Made by a program: the position numbers and the translations under genes. Under the pieces are notes generated by a model. The model was given only the letters and a program-made list of their open reading frames with translations, made no database searches and had not been told where the DNA came from. A stretch of 64,000 nucleotides of DNA from Octopus sinensis. Its lineage: Eukaryota. Position 1 is the stretch's first letter; every line of letters begins with the position of its first letter. Positions 34,966 to 48,720 of the stretch are shown here, piece by piece. Where the stretch lies: positions 22,196,001 to 22,260,000 of the forward strand of contig NC_043010.1 of assembly GCF_006345805.1 (NCBI RefSeq), in the 5' to 3' direction.

Positions 34966-35394
34966 GTGTGTGTGTGTGTGTGTGTGTGTGTAAATAAATA
35001 AAGGTGGCAATGATTGTATACAATCTTATATAGTGTCTTCTTTAACACGAGCTGCAGCCACGCTATTTCTTCACTCTGCTCTTATAATAATCATCATCAG
35101 TCTCAAACAGATAAAAAGTAGGAGAAAATTGGTAATATTTTCAAATATCTTTTCTTATGGTATTGATTATTTTATCGTGTTTTGCTATGGTTTTATTTAT
35201 TTTTTACTTACTTTTTTCGTGTGAGAGTAGTCCAAGACCATGTGAACATTTCTGGTAAACAACAGAAGCATTTCACAAAGAATTTATTCTCTTTGTTATA
35301 AATAGAAAGAACTACACAGAATTGACATTCAATGATTTTTCTGGCGAAAAGCAAAAAAAAACGAAAAGGAAAAAATACAAATTAATCTAAAAGA

Positions 35395-35458
<64 letters not shown>

Positions 35459-36344
35459 CAAATAAAAAAAGTACATTAAAACAAATCGATTAATCGAAAG
35501 TGACCTTTGCAATTTGTTGCGTTTAAATGTACTCTGACCTTTAGAGAGATTCTAGTAATTTGTTTTTCGAAGTTAATTTGGGGAAAAGAGAAGAAAGAGA
35601 AAGAAAAGAAGGAGAGAGAATGAAAAACAACGAAATTTTCGTAATATAATCACAATTTTAAGCGATCATATATAAATATTTGTAAGCAAAATTTTTACTT
35701 TCTCCACATATTTGCAGCTACTACATATTTCAAGTATAACAAGATATTTTCGGTTATTTGTCATCATCAGGATCATCATGATCATAATCATCATCATCAT
35801 ACAGAGGAAATATAATATTTTCTCAAGCACAGAAAATTTACGGTAGGGGAAGATATGGTATTGAAACGTTTATAAATTGTACTCGAGTTACAATTAAAGA
35901 ACAGACATTGTCACTGATCATTTTAACAATGAACCGAAAATAGTTCAGTAAAAAGAATAGAAATGAAAGTGAAATTATCATTGTGCAAATATGTATGGTT
36001 ATAGGGTTAAGCAATTTACTCTACATTCACATGATTCCGGGTTCGACTCCACGAAATGCACCTTTTTCTATGCAAGTATAGTCTATGAACATTCATGCCA
36101 TGGCCTTGTGAATAAAAACTGATAACTAGAAATTAAGCGAAAACTCGTTGGATAAGTATGCATGAAAGCATTTATGTGTGTGTGTGTGTCTGTATGCATG
36201 TATTTGTGTGTGTTTGTAAGTTTGAATTTGTGTGCGTGGGCGTGCGTATATGCATACTTAGGGTGCCTGTGTATATGAAAGGTAATGGCGAAAGTTACTA
36301 GAATCGGTGCTTTGAAACCAATAAAATGCAGGGACACACACACA

Positions 36345-36410
<66 letters not shown>

Positions 36411-36719
36411 ACAATTAAGGATAACTTCTTAATAAGGAATCTTAACAAGAAATTATCAGGTAGTTAGCGTGAAAAAACCACATAAGAGAAAAGAATTCGA
36501 AAATAATTTTTCCTTTTGAACAAATTAATTATATCTATATTGTATAGAGGGCATTATTACACATAAGTGCCTCACACGAAGAGGGACATAAGTCATTACT
36601 ACCAAAATTACACTAATCATACCTAATGCAGTTCTTTAAAGCAAGACATTTAAAAAATGAATTTAGTTCTGTATCACCGTGATTTCACATTTAACGTTTA
36701 TGTGTAATAATGCCCTCTA

Positions 36720-36720
36720 T

Positions 36721-36773
<53 letters not shown>

Positions 36774-36872
36774 TAGATAGGTAAAGGGATACATCGAGAG
36801 ATAGATAGATAGATAGATATATAGATAGATAGACAAACAGACAGCCAGACAGACCGTCAGACAGATAGAAAG

Positions 36873-36912
<40 letters not shown>

Positions 36913-36915
36913 TGA
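36720..36915. repeat. (TA)n-(GATA)n-(GA)n compound microsatellite
   Basis: Direct reading. Confidence 0.9.
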
Positions 36916-37369
36916 GATAGAAGCACGTCTCTAAGAGAAAGCACAAGGGTACCCACAGCTACAATGACTGACTTGAACTCGGCAAAGTTGAAAGGCAACC
37001 AAATATTAGAACTCGAGCCTCACTGATCCTATTTATCTGACAGAGAACATGTAGAGGTGGATGGGGCGACTTTGCATCTTGTAGGGGTCTCACGGTTCTT
37101 TTGTGTATAAGAGAGAAGGAGCCAAGTATGAGCAGTACTTCGGTTTATGCTCTTTCGACCCCAAATATCGGCACCGATAGAGAACTGAATGCAGAGAGCG
37201 TCGAAACATAAATTTTGAGTATTGCATGCGAAACCCTCAGCCAAAGGGATAAGAATATTACAGAAAAACACGCTCACACACACACATACACGCGCGCGTA
37301 CTGTATGTATATGTATATGCATATGTATATGTATATATATATGTATATGTGTATATATATATATATATG

Positions 37370-37400
<31 letters not shown>

Positions 37401-37423
37401 GGGTGTGTGTGTGTGTGTGTGTA

Positions 37424-37818
37424 TTCTCTTTTCTCTTTTCTCTTTTACTTGTTTCAGTCATTTGACCGCGGCCATGCTGGAGCACCGCCTTTAGTCGAGC
37501 AAATCGACTCCAGGACATATTCTTTTGTAAGCCCAGTACTTATTCCATCGGTCTCTTTTGCCGAACCGCTAAGTGACAGGGACGTAAACACACCAGCATC
37601 GGTTGTCAAGCAATGCTAGGGGGACAAACACAGATACACAAACACACACTCATACATATATATATACGACAGGCTTCTTTCAGTTTCCGTCTACCAAATT
37701 CACTCACAAGGCATTAGTCGGCCCGGGGCTATAGCAGAAAACACTTGCCCAAGATGCCACGCAGTGGGACTGAACCCTGAACTATGTGGTTGGTTAGCAA
37801 ACTACTTACCACACAGCC
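37424..37818 (-). mobile_element. SINE family A copy (well conserved)
   Basis: Minus strand GGCTGTGTGGTAAGTAG...GGGTTCAGTCCCACTGCGTGGCATCTTGGGCAAGTG...GTAGACGGAAACTGAAAGAAGCC; full tail. Confidence 0.92.
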
Positions 37819-37990
37819 ATATATGCATATATGTATGTATGTATGTATGTATGTATACATGTATATTGATAAAAGTACTTTTCCGATGGCCGGATAACTG
37901 AAGAAATGGCGGCGTAGTTTTCCACCTCGGCATCCGAAACTCGGAGTTTTATCATGGCTACCGAATATTTGTCACATGTTACATTTAAAG

Positions 37991-38024
<34 letters not shown>

Positions 38025-38179
38025 ATGTCTATATATATAAAGAGAGAGAGAGAGAGAGAGAGAGGGGGAGGGAGAGTGGCAATGAGATATAAACACTTAC
38101 TTATGTATATATGTATATATGCATATATTTATCTATATATATGTGTGTGTGTATGTATATATATATATATGTATATATG

Positions 38180-38210
<31 letters not shown>

Positions 38211-38219
38211 ATATTATAT

Positions 38220-38301
<82 letters not shown>

Positions 38302-38935
38302 TACTGAAAGAGGTAACATACATTGTGGTGATGGGAAAACGCAGATTTGTTCACACAGTTCAAATTCCCAGAAAAACGCCGAAACTCTATAACAATGAAG
38401 AAAATGGATTCCAGGAATACATTATTTAAGAGGCTGTCATGCTTTTCTACAGCATTTGATACGTAATACTACGACCATTATATAATAATGATTTCTAATA
38501 TAGATACAAAACAATTAGTTTGCTGAAAAGAGCTTTGATTTCGCTAAGAATGTGGGGGTGTTTATTCCTTTTCCCACACAGTTTATCACTGGCCTGCGTG
38601 AAAGAGAATTGTTTCCAATCTAGAAGCAGCGATTCAAATTCTATTTGATTTATAATGAGTCGTCATCTAAATAATATTTATATTTACAAAGTCATTTTCG
38701 TAGTTGACATTTAACAATGTAATAAGTAATAATTGTTTTCCTTTTTCTTCCTTCTCTGTAATCGCTAATTTAAACCCAGGAAATAAAGTTCTTTAATTAT
38801 GAATATATGATCTGATTGCATTAATTTTAATTTTCATTTAAATGTATACTGGTGAAGGTCGACTCTTAGATTTTCAACGATTAGAGAGAGGCTTAAATTC
38901 ATTAGAATTATTAAGTTAATAATTAATAATATAAA

Positions 38936-39168
38936 GCGGTGAGCTGGCAGAAACGTTAGCACGCCGGGCGAAATGCGTAGCCGTATTTCGTCTGCCGTTA
39001 CGTTCTGAGTTCAAATTCCGCCGAGGTCGACTTTGCCTTTCATCCTTTCGGGGTCGATAAATTAAGTACCAGTTACGTACTGAGGTCGATATAATCGACT
39101 TAATCTCTTTGTCTGTCCGTGTTTGTCCCCTCTATGTTTAGCCCCTTGTGGGCAATAAAGAAATAAGA
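38936..39168 (+). mobile_element. SINE family B copy (near consensus)
   Basis: GCGGTGAGCTGGCAGAAACGTTAGCACGCCGGGCG...GTTCAAATTCCGCCGAGGTCGACTTTGCCTTTCATCCTTTCGGGGTCGATAAA...AATAAAGAAATAA. Confidence 0.92.
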
Positions 39169-40272
39169 ATTATCAAGTCAATAACAACGTATTTAGTGAC
39201 CTATGCAAAAAAAAACCGTTTAACTAGAATTAAATGTGGAAAATAAGATAGGTTAAACGACTATTCTGTTCTAGATAAATACAAGAAAAATTCTGGACAT
39301 ATTTCTGTCTTATAACTGTCTTATCAGCGAGAAATAGCTTTAACCATATTTTGTTTCTTAAACGCATGGAAACCATTTGTAATACAGAAACAGAAAACCA
39401 CAATGAAAAGACTGTGAAATAAGATTATTTACGACTTTGAAACATTCAAGTCAGTTCAGAAAGTCTCCTTGTTTACAAAATAAAAGAAAATTATTGAATT
39501 ACATTAGGACACCATCTCACAAAAGTCCGTGTTCGAATAGATTACAGGTGTTTCATTAAGTTCACAGCTCTCCACATAACCTGAATAATAGGCAGATATT
39601 TGGAAACACGATAGTTCTGATCACTGATATATATCTCATCCCTGTCGTTATTAATCCATCAGGTCAGCCTTAGACGTGCGCACCTGTAATCAACGATATA
39701 ATAGCCAACCGTATAATACTTTCTTTGCGTGTATCAGAGACTAAGTTATCCAATGTTACCTGTCATTTTTTTCTTTCGTTTCTTCAAGTGTGTGAGTTTA
39801 AAGATTTCTCGCTACTGTTTCTACCATGTCGAGTAAGCGAGTAAACATCCGCCTATTAATTCATTGATCTCGTTTAACCACAAATAATTTTTTATCTAAT
39901 TTAAGATAAAAGATCTTTTTAACCTTTTAGCCAAGGCGTTCCCAAACCAGGCATATGTTACTGTAGAGGCCGAACTACATAAGTATTAGTTTCAAATATC
40001 GGAAAAGGCCTTGCCTCAAAAGTTTTTCGGGCAGCCTGCTATCTATAGCAACCACATTCCTGTTACATGGTTGATGCTTTTATTTATTTATTTATTTTAC
40101 AAATGACATGTCCACAAAATTCACGCTTAGAATCTGGCTTCATCTGGTGTTATACTAAAAGAGACTAACCCAAGAATCCGGCCTGTGGAATTGAACATCG
40201 AATCTCCTTGTAGCGAAATCAGCTTCTTCTCCAGTCCTCCACATATGTACACACACATAAATTCATGTGTGC

Positions 40273-40313
<41 letters not shown>

Positions 40314-40472
40314 CATGTGCATGCATGTGTGTGTTCATATATATGGTATAATGTATGTATGTACTTCGGGTTGTATGGATGGGTGGATGGATACTAAAGC
40401 GTGTGTCGGTGTGTAATTGTGTGTGTATGTACATTTATAAATAGGTATGTATGTGTCAATTTCTGCACTTCC

Positions 40473-40540
<68 letters not shown>

Positions 40541-41130
40541 AAGTATATATGTATATCTGAGCATTTCCGTGTAAACTGTGCGATTGGCGTACATCTGGAA
40601 GTTATACTCCGCCTTTAACATCAAGCTGGTAATAGGTGCATCCTTTCAATTGCTTATTAAAATCTGCTTCATTATATCATCGCATCTGTAATGCATGCAA
40701 AGCAATTCTGCGAAGAATTTCGGTTAACATTCTGCCTTCTTTCACGGCACAGTTACGTTAGATTTTAATGGGTTACAAGGCATAAAAATATTCATAGATC
40801 AAAATTTGCATATTGGTGAATACATTATTGTGCATGTCATATTATCAAAAGAGTTTTCGTCACGTTTGTATGTAATCGATATTGCACAGACATAATGCAA
40901 TGCATTTATGAAAATTTTATTAAAATGTGTGCGTGTGTGTATATGTGTGTTTGTGTGTAAACATAGAAAGAGAGAGGGAGCGAGAGAGAGAGAGAGAGAG
41001 AAAGATTTAGATACATAGATTTACACCTAATTACGCATCTACATACATATACATATTCATACATATATTTATGTGCATACGAGTATGTGCGTAGATGGAT
41101 GTATGCATGTGTAAATATATATATATATAT

Positions 41131-41400
41131 ATACAACCCTATACATACACACGTCCAGACCCCTCATACGCACTTATACTCTCTCATACACACACACACA
41201 CACACTTATACATACTAATACGTACTAATACATACTAATACATACTAATACATACACCAACCCCATACATACGCACGTTCCGACCTATCCTACGCACTAA
41301 TACTCTCTCATACACACACACACACTTATACATACTAATACATACTAATACATACACCAACCCTATACATACACACGTCCAGACCTCTCCTACGCACTAA
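41131..41400. repeat. Tandem repeat of 100-124 bp units containing a variable 10-bp (ATACATACTA) subrepeat
   Basis: CAACCC(T/C)ATACATAC at 41134, 41258, 41358. Confidence 0.85.
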
Positions 41401-41499
41401 TAGCTGGTCCTTCAACCCTATTATCAACCCTATTATCTCCCCTTATTTCGCTCTCGCGTCTCATGTTTGATCTTTGACCTCTGGCCGAAATCAGATCGC

Positions 41500-41712
41500 C
41501 ATGTTGATTCGTTAGTTACTGCACGCATTTTTTTCTCTCCTTCTTTCTGTGTTTTTTTCTCTCTGTGTATCTTTCTGTTGAAGAGCGTAGGCTCGAAACG
41601 TTAAAGACTTGTTTTATTTATATTTCCTGAGCGCCATACTAATACAATTGTTTTTTTGTTTTCCACCTGCCTTCGTCTCTTGTCTATTTTCATAAAGCTT
41701 CCCGTTATATAT
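41500..41712 (+). mobile_element. Short Penelope-associated element carrying a minimal hammerhead motif (41570-41607)
   Basis: TCTTT-CTGTTGA-A-GAGC-GTAG-GCTC-GAAA-CGT-T-AAAGA; downstream TTTCCTGAGCG..CCA shared with 42170-42370(-); ends at TATATA. Confidence 0.65.
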
Positions 41713-41717
41713 AAGAG

Positions 41718-42013
41718 CACTCTGTCGGTTACGACGATGAGGCTCCAAGCTGATACGGTCAACGGAACAAGCTTCCTCGTGAATTTAATGAGCAAGTTGC
41801 TGAGCACTCCACAGACACATGTATCCTTAACGTAGTTCTCAGGGAGATTCAGCGTGAGACAAAGTGTGACAAGGCTGGCCCTTTGAAATACAGGTACAAC
41901 TCATGTTTGCCAGCTGAGTGAACTGGAGCAATGTGAAATAAAGTGCCGTGAATTGAACTCATGACCTTACGATCGTGAACAGAATGCCCTTAACCACTAA
42001 GCCACACGCCTTC
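41718..42013 (-). mobile_element. tRNA-derived SINE, family D
   Basis: Minus strand GAAGGCGTGTGGCTTAGTGGTTAAGG...CACGATCGTAAGGTCATGAGTTCAATTC; body collinear with 59964-60273. Confidence 0.85.
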
Positions 42014-42114
42014 CTACAGACATAGACACATATATACGGATACACACACACGTGTGTGCCTGTGTGTGTGTAAGTATGTATGTATATATACATATACAAA
42101 TATATACATATATG

Positions 42115-42169
<55 letters not shown>

Positions 42170-42175
<6 letters not shown>

Positions 42176-42370
42176 ATCCAAACAAGAAAACACAAAAAAA
42201 CACAACACGAGGACGTGGAACAAATATAGTATTATTGGACGCTCAGGAAAGACGGAAAGAAGGACGGTCAAACGTTTCGAGCGGAGCTCTTCGTCGGAAA
42301 CATAGGAGAAGGAAAGATCCAGAGAAGGGAAGACAGAGGAAAAAAATCGCCAACGATACACACGAGGTCA
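42170..42370 (-). mobile_element. Short Penelope-associated element carrying a minimal hammerhead motif (42266-42300)
   Basis: Minus strand CCGACGA-A-GAGC-TCC-GCTC-GAAA-CGT-T; followed by TTTCCTGAGCGTCCAATA; ends in (TA)n. Confidence 0.65.
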
Positions 42371-42917
42371 CATTATGAAAGACCGGAAGGAAATGGGTGA
42401 AGAAAGGTGCTTTCAAAGACAGGAGAGTGGTTCTGTCACAGACAGGAGAATGGTAGAGGAGGAGGAATGTGTGTGTAAGTGTGGATATGTGCGTGCGCGG
42501 TGGTCTGCGTGTGCATGTGTGTGTATGTGTGTATGTTTGCAATGATGACACGTGTGTGTGTGTGTGTGTGTGTGTGCGTGTGTGTGTGTATGTGCGTGTC
42601 GTTGTGGCTGTTAAACAAAACGTGTTGTAGTGCTAGTAGTGTGAAGGTCGAGGAAGAAGAAAGGAGGAAGAAGGAGTGGTGCCTTTTGTCTCTACCACAG
42701 GTCAGTACTGCCAGTTTGAAGTATGTGTGTGTGTGCGTGTATGTATATGTATCGTGTGTGTGTTTTGTTTGTAGTGTGTGTGTGTGTTCGTGTGTATATG
42801 CGTAGAGTTTGGGTGTGTGGCGAATAACTGTGCTTTGCTTAGTGTATGTGTGCGGGTGTGCTTGTACGTGCGTATGTGTGTATATATGTATGTATAATTG
42901 TGTGCCGTGTGTATGGT

Positions 42918-42967
<50 letters not shown>

Positions 42968-43169
42968 GATATTAATGAGAGAAGACAAAAAGCGCCTGCC
43001 GATTCTTTGCTTCTGTAACACATTATTTCCTACTCAAAAAACACACCGAGGTACTGAACCTCTTACTTCCGTTTTTACAATTATTGGACTTAATAGTCCA
43101 TTTACAAATTAAAACATTATTAATTTTTACACAAAAAAACAGACCGAGGTATTGAACCTCTTATTCCGT

Positions 43170-43560
43170 GGTGCGGGAAGTATTGGCTCCTTCACCATAA
43201 CCGCAGGCACCTCGTTTCCTCCCGCAATCCCTCTTATCCCTCGGAGAGCAACCATTGTTGCTCCCCTTCTTCCTTTTTCTCCCCTTTTTTTAGGAGAGGT
43301 CACTCTCTCCTCCTCCATCTCTCCTTCCGGAGGAGGAGGGGTACTTCCACAACTAACTGCTCCAGGACCCTGCTCTGATCCTTGGGATAGTTTTTCTTAA
43401 TGTGGCCAGGCTCCAGGTACTGATGACACGTAGTTCTCAAGGAGATCTCGAAACATCTTTACGTATCGGGTAAATATATAAATAAATTTCTGGCGTCTGA
43501 ACCAGTTGTAGAACCTTTGTTGTGTCTATAGGAGATTAGGGTTCGTTTTTCGAAAGCGGT
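43170..43560 (-). pseudogene. Probable LINE ORF1 (Tx1/L1-like) remnant with a degenerate zinc knuckle
   Basis: Minus 43428-43387 reads CHQYLEPGHIKKNYP (C-X2-C-X4-H-X4-C spacing with two Cys as Tyr), followed by a low-complexity PPPPEGEMEEE...PKKRG stretch. Confidence 0.5.
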
Positions 43561-43620
43561 GTGTCGACTTTTCTCTCCAAAGGTCTTTTCTTCTGCTTTC
43601 ATTATTTATATACTATTATC

Positions 43621-43831
43621 GGCGGCGAACTAGCAGACACGTTAGCGCGCCGGGCGGAATGCTTAGCGGTATTTTGTCTGCCGCTACGTTCTGAGTTCAA
43701 ATTCCGCCGAGGTCGACTTTGCCTTTCATCATTTCGGGGTCGATAAATAAAGTACCAGTAATCGACTTAATCCGTTTGTCTGTCCTTGTTTGTCCCCTCT
43801 ATGTTTATCCCCATCTGGGCAATAAAGAAAT
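43621..43831 (+). mobile_element. SINE family B copy
   Basis: GGCGGCGAACTAGCAGACACGTTAGCGCGCCGGGCG...GTTCAAATTCCGCCGAGGTCGAC...AATAAAGAAAT. Confidence 0.9.
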
Positions 43832-45099
43832 ATTATTAACAGCTTTATATGCTCCGAGAATATTCCAAAAAAGAATTATTTCACATGCTGTTGAAAGTTT
43901 ATATATTCTAGAGATGTCGGTAACTTGCAATGTTTTATAAATTAATAGATTCAACTTAGATTATAGATTTCAAATTTAATAGAAACTTTAATTATTTGGG
44001 TGATGAATGTCATCTGTAAGTCTATTATTATCACTTGTAAACATTAACGTTTCGATTAACGAATGGCAATTTTATTGGAAAGAAAGACGAATTTGGAATG
44101 CATCAAAATCATCTTTCCGAAGATACTTGTAAAACGCTTTTGCAACAGATATATTTTAACAAAGACTGGTGTCGCTACAAGAAATTTGCTCATTAAATTC
44201 CATTTAATTAGTTAATTTATCGCAAGTATAAAATAATAATTGTTTCCATGTAATTTAATTTGTAAATGTGAAATTACATAATTAATTTTAGAATTATTAT
44301 TGAGCAAAATATTTATGTTAATATGTGTGTAAATTCGAAGTATTATACTTTCATTCTGCTATTGTTTTTCATTCCACAGGTTCATTACTTTATGTCTCTC
44401 ACTAATAGTAACATGTTTATAGGACTCTAAGTTGTTCCGGCAATCTATTTTACTATATTAAAGCTTTCGAAATGGAAAACATTCGGGAGTTTGTAGAAAT
44501 GCATTGCAATTTTTATAATGGAATTTCAATGGCGATGGGGACTGGGTAAGGAATAAGCTTTAGTTAACTAGTTTCAATTTAGGATCAGTTTGTCAATAAC
44601 AGACACACGTTGGAAGACACAGCAGCACAGAAAGATAGATAGAACATGTTTCTTCATGGTGACAAACAGATCCACATCCTAAATACAAGATACAATGCGA
44701 TTATAACTAGAATATTTTTTTCTTTTAAATTGCACGGTTTCGTGTGAATGTATAAAATACTCAAAAAACGTAGAGCAAATTGAATCTACTTCCAGTATTG
44801 ATGCGAAATGAATGGGTGTAGTGATTGAAGCGGAACTTAAAAGTTCAACGCGTATGTTTTTATCATTGCCTAATGATTACATCTCTGTACTGATCTTTTC
44901 CCCTTTATCCTCTCTTTTCATTGCATATAAGCTATGCTGATGTGTAGCCTTATAGTTATATGTAATTGCTTTCTATTCGTGCTTTCGTAGCTTTTAAGAA
45001 AACGAATATACATACATTTATGCATGTATATATTTATCTCACTATCTGTATAAATGTTAATGTAGGTATTTTCCTAAACGCTATACAAGCATCTGACAG

Positions 45100-45398
45100 T
45101 GTCAGCATATTAAATATGCGTAGATTTATTACAATACAAGGATCTATCTATATACATACCTATCTATATCTGCGCGCGCGTGTGTGTTTTGTGTGTGTAT
45201 ACATACATATAATATATAAATGCATATTTTATACAGAAATGTATGTATCTTGTGTGCACATATATATAATCTATACATGCATATTTTATGCCGAAATGTA
45301 TGTATATTGTATATATATATATATATATGAGTGTGTGTGTGTGTGTATGTATGTATATAATATACATTTATATACGTATACTGTGTGTGCATAAATTC

Positions 45399-45435
<37 letters not shown>

Positions 45436-45640
45436 ATATATATACAGGGATGGATGGATGAATGTATTATTTTCTTAAAACATAATATATATTTTTGCAT
45501 GTTATCTCCACATGTCTCTACTCATGTGTAAATATATGTCTACGAGCATCTTCACATCTGCCTGTCTGTACATATGTATTTATGAATATCTGTCTGTGTA
45601 TGTATGTAGGTGTGTGCACGTTTGTGAGTGTGCTTGTATA

Positions 45641-45675
<35 letters not shown>

Positions 45676-45796
45676 GTAATAAATAAAATATATGCATACA
45701 TACATACATATATGTACGTACCTACATCTACATGTATATATGCATATATAAATATATATACGTGAGTACAGGACACCACAAATAGACGTATATTTG

Positions 45797-45854
<58 letters not shown>

Positions 45855-47119
45855 GATATATATAAGTATAATTATATTTAATTTTTCTATATAAAATATA
45901 CATATGCATATGGAGCAATATGTACCCATATATGTAATGGTTTTGTACATTTTCGCGATTCATTTTCGATGCATATCCCTTTGCATGTACAGGAGGTGTT
46001 TGTTCATATAAGCATATATAAATACATGAGTGTCCGTGTGTCGTGTATGTATGTGCATAAGCATGTATGCATATATGTGCATTTATATCTCACATTACCT
46101 GCCTGCTCCTTCACATACCGGATTTTTATTGCCACTTTTTATTGCTCCTCTCTGTCTACCGGCTCGTCTCTGATACGCGTTTGTTGTATTCATAAAATAA
46201 TATCTTTTTGAATGCATATTGATATAGATATTTTCATGTGCATATATGCACGCATTAATGTGCATTCATGTATACATGTGTACGTCAGAAGTTCTCTATT
46301 TTTGTACGTGTATATATATTTAAATATATTTATTCATACTGACATTTGCATATATGAATGAATTAGTAATTGTGTCTTTTTGCAGTGATGTAGCATTCGG
46401 AATTCAGTGTCCGCCTTGCGCGAAACCACACGTATCCTATTTCTCAAATATTTCCTGAAAATGTGTTGACTTCAAGAAATTTGCAATCAATTTTTCTACA
46501 ACTTAGAGTAACCCATGTTAGACCGAAACCACGCCAAATCTTTCTCCACCTTGCTTTGTAGCGTGTAAACTATCTTCTTCTTGTCTTATTTAGAAGGAAT
46601 TTCTTAGAACTAATAAATATAAAGTTCACCATTAGCTGACATTCAAGGAAATTATTGAATAGGAGCAGATCAACAGTGAACTACACCTGGACCCACCACG
46701 ACATGCTGACTCTTATAAAACACAAACCAATAAGGTTACCTGGGATTATCTAGACATACGAACACCTAAATGCATGCCAATTTCCTCAGTCATATATTTC
46801 TCAAGTTGTGGTATACGAAGCAAGTCATTTCCATCGACTTGAGCAATAATATATAATATATATATATATACGGCAAGAACAAAATGAAGGGGATCAGCTG
46901 TTAGATATTATATTATGTCTAATTATTTATTTTAAATAATTATGAGAATATATATATATACATGTGTAAAGATTGAGGTTTAACATATAAAGTACCAGTA
47001 ATTTCTAGAATGGAGAAAGAAGAGCAGTTTCTTACAGCTGTTTCTGCCAAGAGGTCTCAGTACCCCAAATGTTATTTCCATCTTTTTAGTGTTGGATTCA
47101 CAACCTCTAACTCTTTGAA

Positions 47120-47192
<73 letters not shown>

Positions 47193-47746
47193 ATGGTGGG
47201 ATGTATATATGGCACCTTTCCGTAACTTCAACTCTTTTGCTATCACGTTGAGCATACTTGAGTGATGCAGAATATGCAATGGATAAAAGTGATGTGGCAA
47301 ATTATAGGAAGCTCTGGTTTATCAGACACTCGATTTCATCCGTAAACAAATACTACTAAAGTCTTAATGTCAATTAAATACTCAGAGAGAAAAGACACAG
47401 AATGTTATCCTGTTATATACCACTGAAATTATTAAGTGTCCTTAGCAACCACCTTCCGGTAGTTGCTACCTAGTTTGGATCGCCATAGTCAAAACTAACG
47501 TGGAATTCATTACCTGTGTAAGTGTGACTGCGTAGGAGTGTGTATCCGAGAGTGCAGTTGTGTGCAGGAGAGAAAAGATGACGTAGAGTGTGGGTACATA
47601 GAAAAATACATCTATATCTATACACGAATATATATGTGTATGTAAATGGATATATACATATCTTTGTGCGTGTATATATATATATATATATATAGTGCCT
47701 GTATATGTATGTGTATATACATAAGTACATATATATACACAGTGTG

Positions 47747-47783
<37 letters not shown>

Positions 47784-48174
47784 TATAATTATATATATAG
47801 ATTAATGGGTATATAGATAGAAAAATGGATAGTTACATATGTGTTTGTATGTGTCTGATGTATATATAACATCATAGTATGTCATTACGCGTGTGAAATA
47901 AATAGAGAAAGAAAGAGAGAAAAGAAGAGAAAGAATGACTGAGACACGTGGAGCAAGAATCTCCTCATTGAAAAAAAAAGTATTGGATTTTGTTATCCAA
48001 TAAAATGATCTAAAATTGAAATATTGTTAATATCAAAATCTGATAATAGAGCTAAACTTTCACACTAATGATCTGAAAATTTTAAATTTAACATTCAGCC
48101 AATCAGAAACAAGTTATATAATGATATCCACCTCCACATCACTATTCTCTCTCTATATATATATATACATATGC

Positions 48175-48205
<31 letters not shown>

Positions 48206-48221
48206 CATATTATATATATAC

Positions 48222-48272
<51 letters not shown>

Positions 48273-48343
48273 TACATATGTTATATATATATATATATAT
48301 GATATTTTGGAATGCTTCTCATGACGTCAGCAATATATACATG

Positions 48344-48393
<50 letters not shown>

Positions 48394-48636
48394 CATGCAT
48401 ATACATATACGCAATTGAATGTTTACATGTATTTGTGGGTTAGGGTTGTTAGTGTGTTTGTAGATACAAGCACATACATTCATACATACAAATATATATA
48501 TAATATTGCATATATGCAACGTATATTTAAGATTGTACGTGTCTATGCGTCTGTATGTATGTCTGTGCCTGTGCAAGACTCATGTGCTCAGAGGTATATA
48601 TGTCTACCTATATAAATACATACATACATATATATA

Positions 48637-48693
<57 letters not shown>

Positions 48694-48720
48694 TATTCGG
48701 GTGATGAAAGACACAATCAT
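45100..48720. repeat. Series of (TA)n/(TG)n microsatellite fields with unique spacers
   Basis: Direct reading; tracts at ~45100-45900, 47120-47190, 47620-47820, 48140-48700. Confidence 0.85.

Noticed and set aside
18702-46426. Further single exon-like segments (near 18702-18775, 23556-23589, 30141-30172, 30763-30840, 37053-37134, 44381-44408, 46385-46430)
   Set aside because: Each has a plausible AG/GT pair and one open frame, but they could not be chained with confidence, and such pairs are common by chance.
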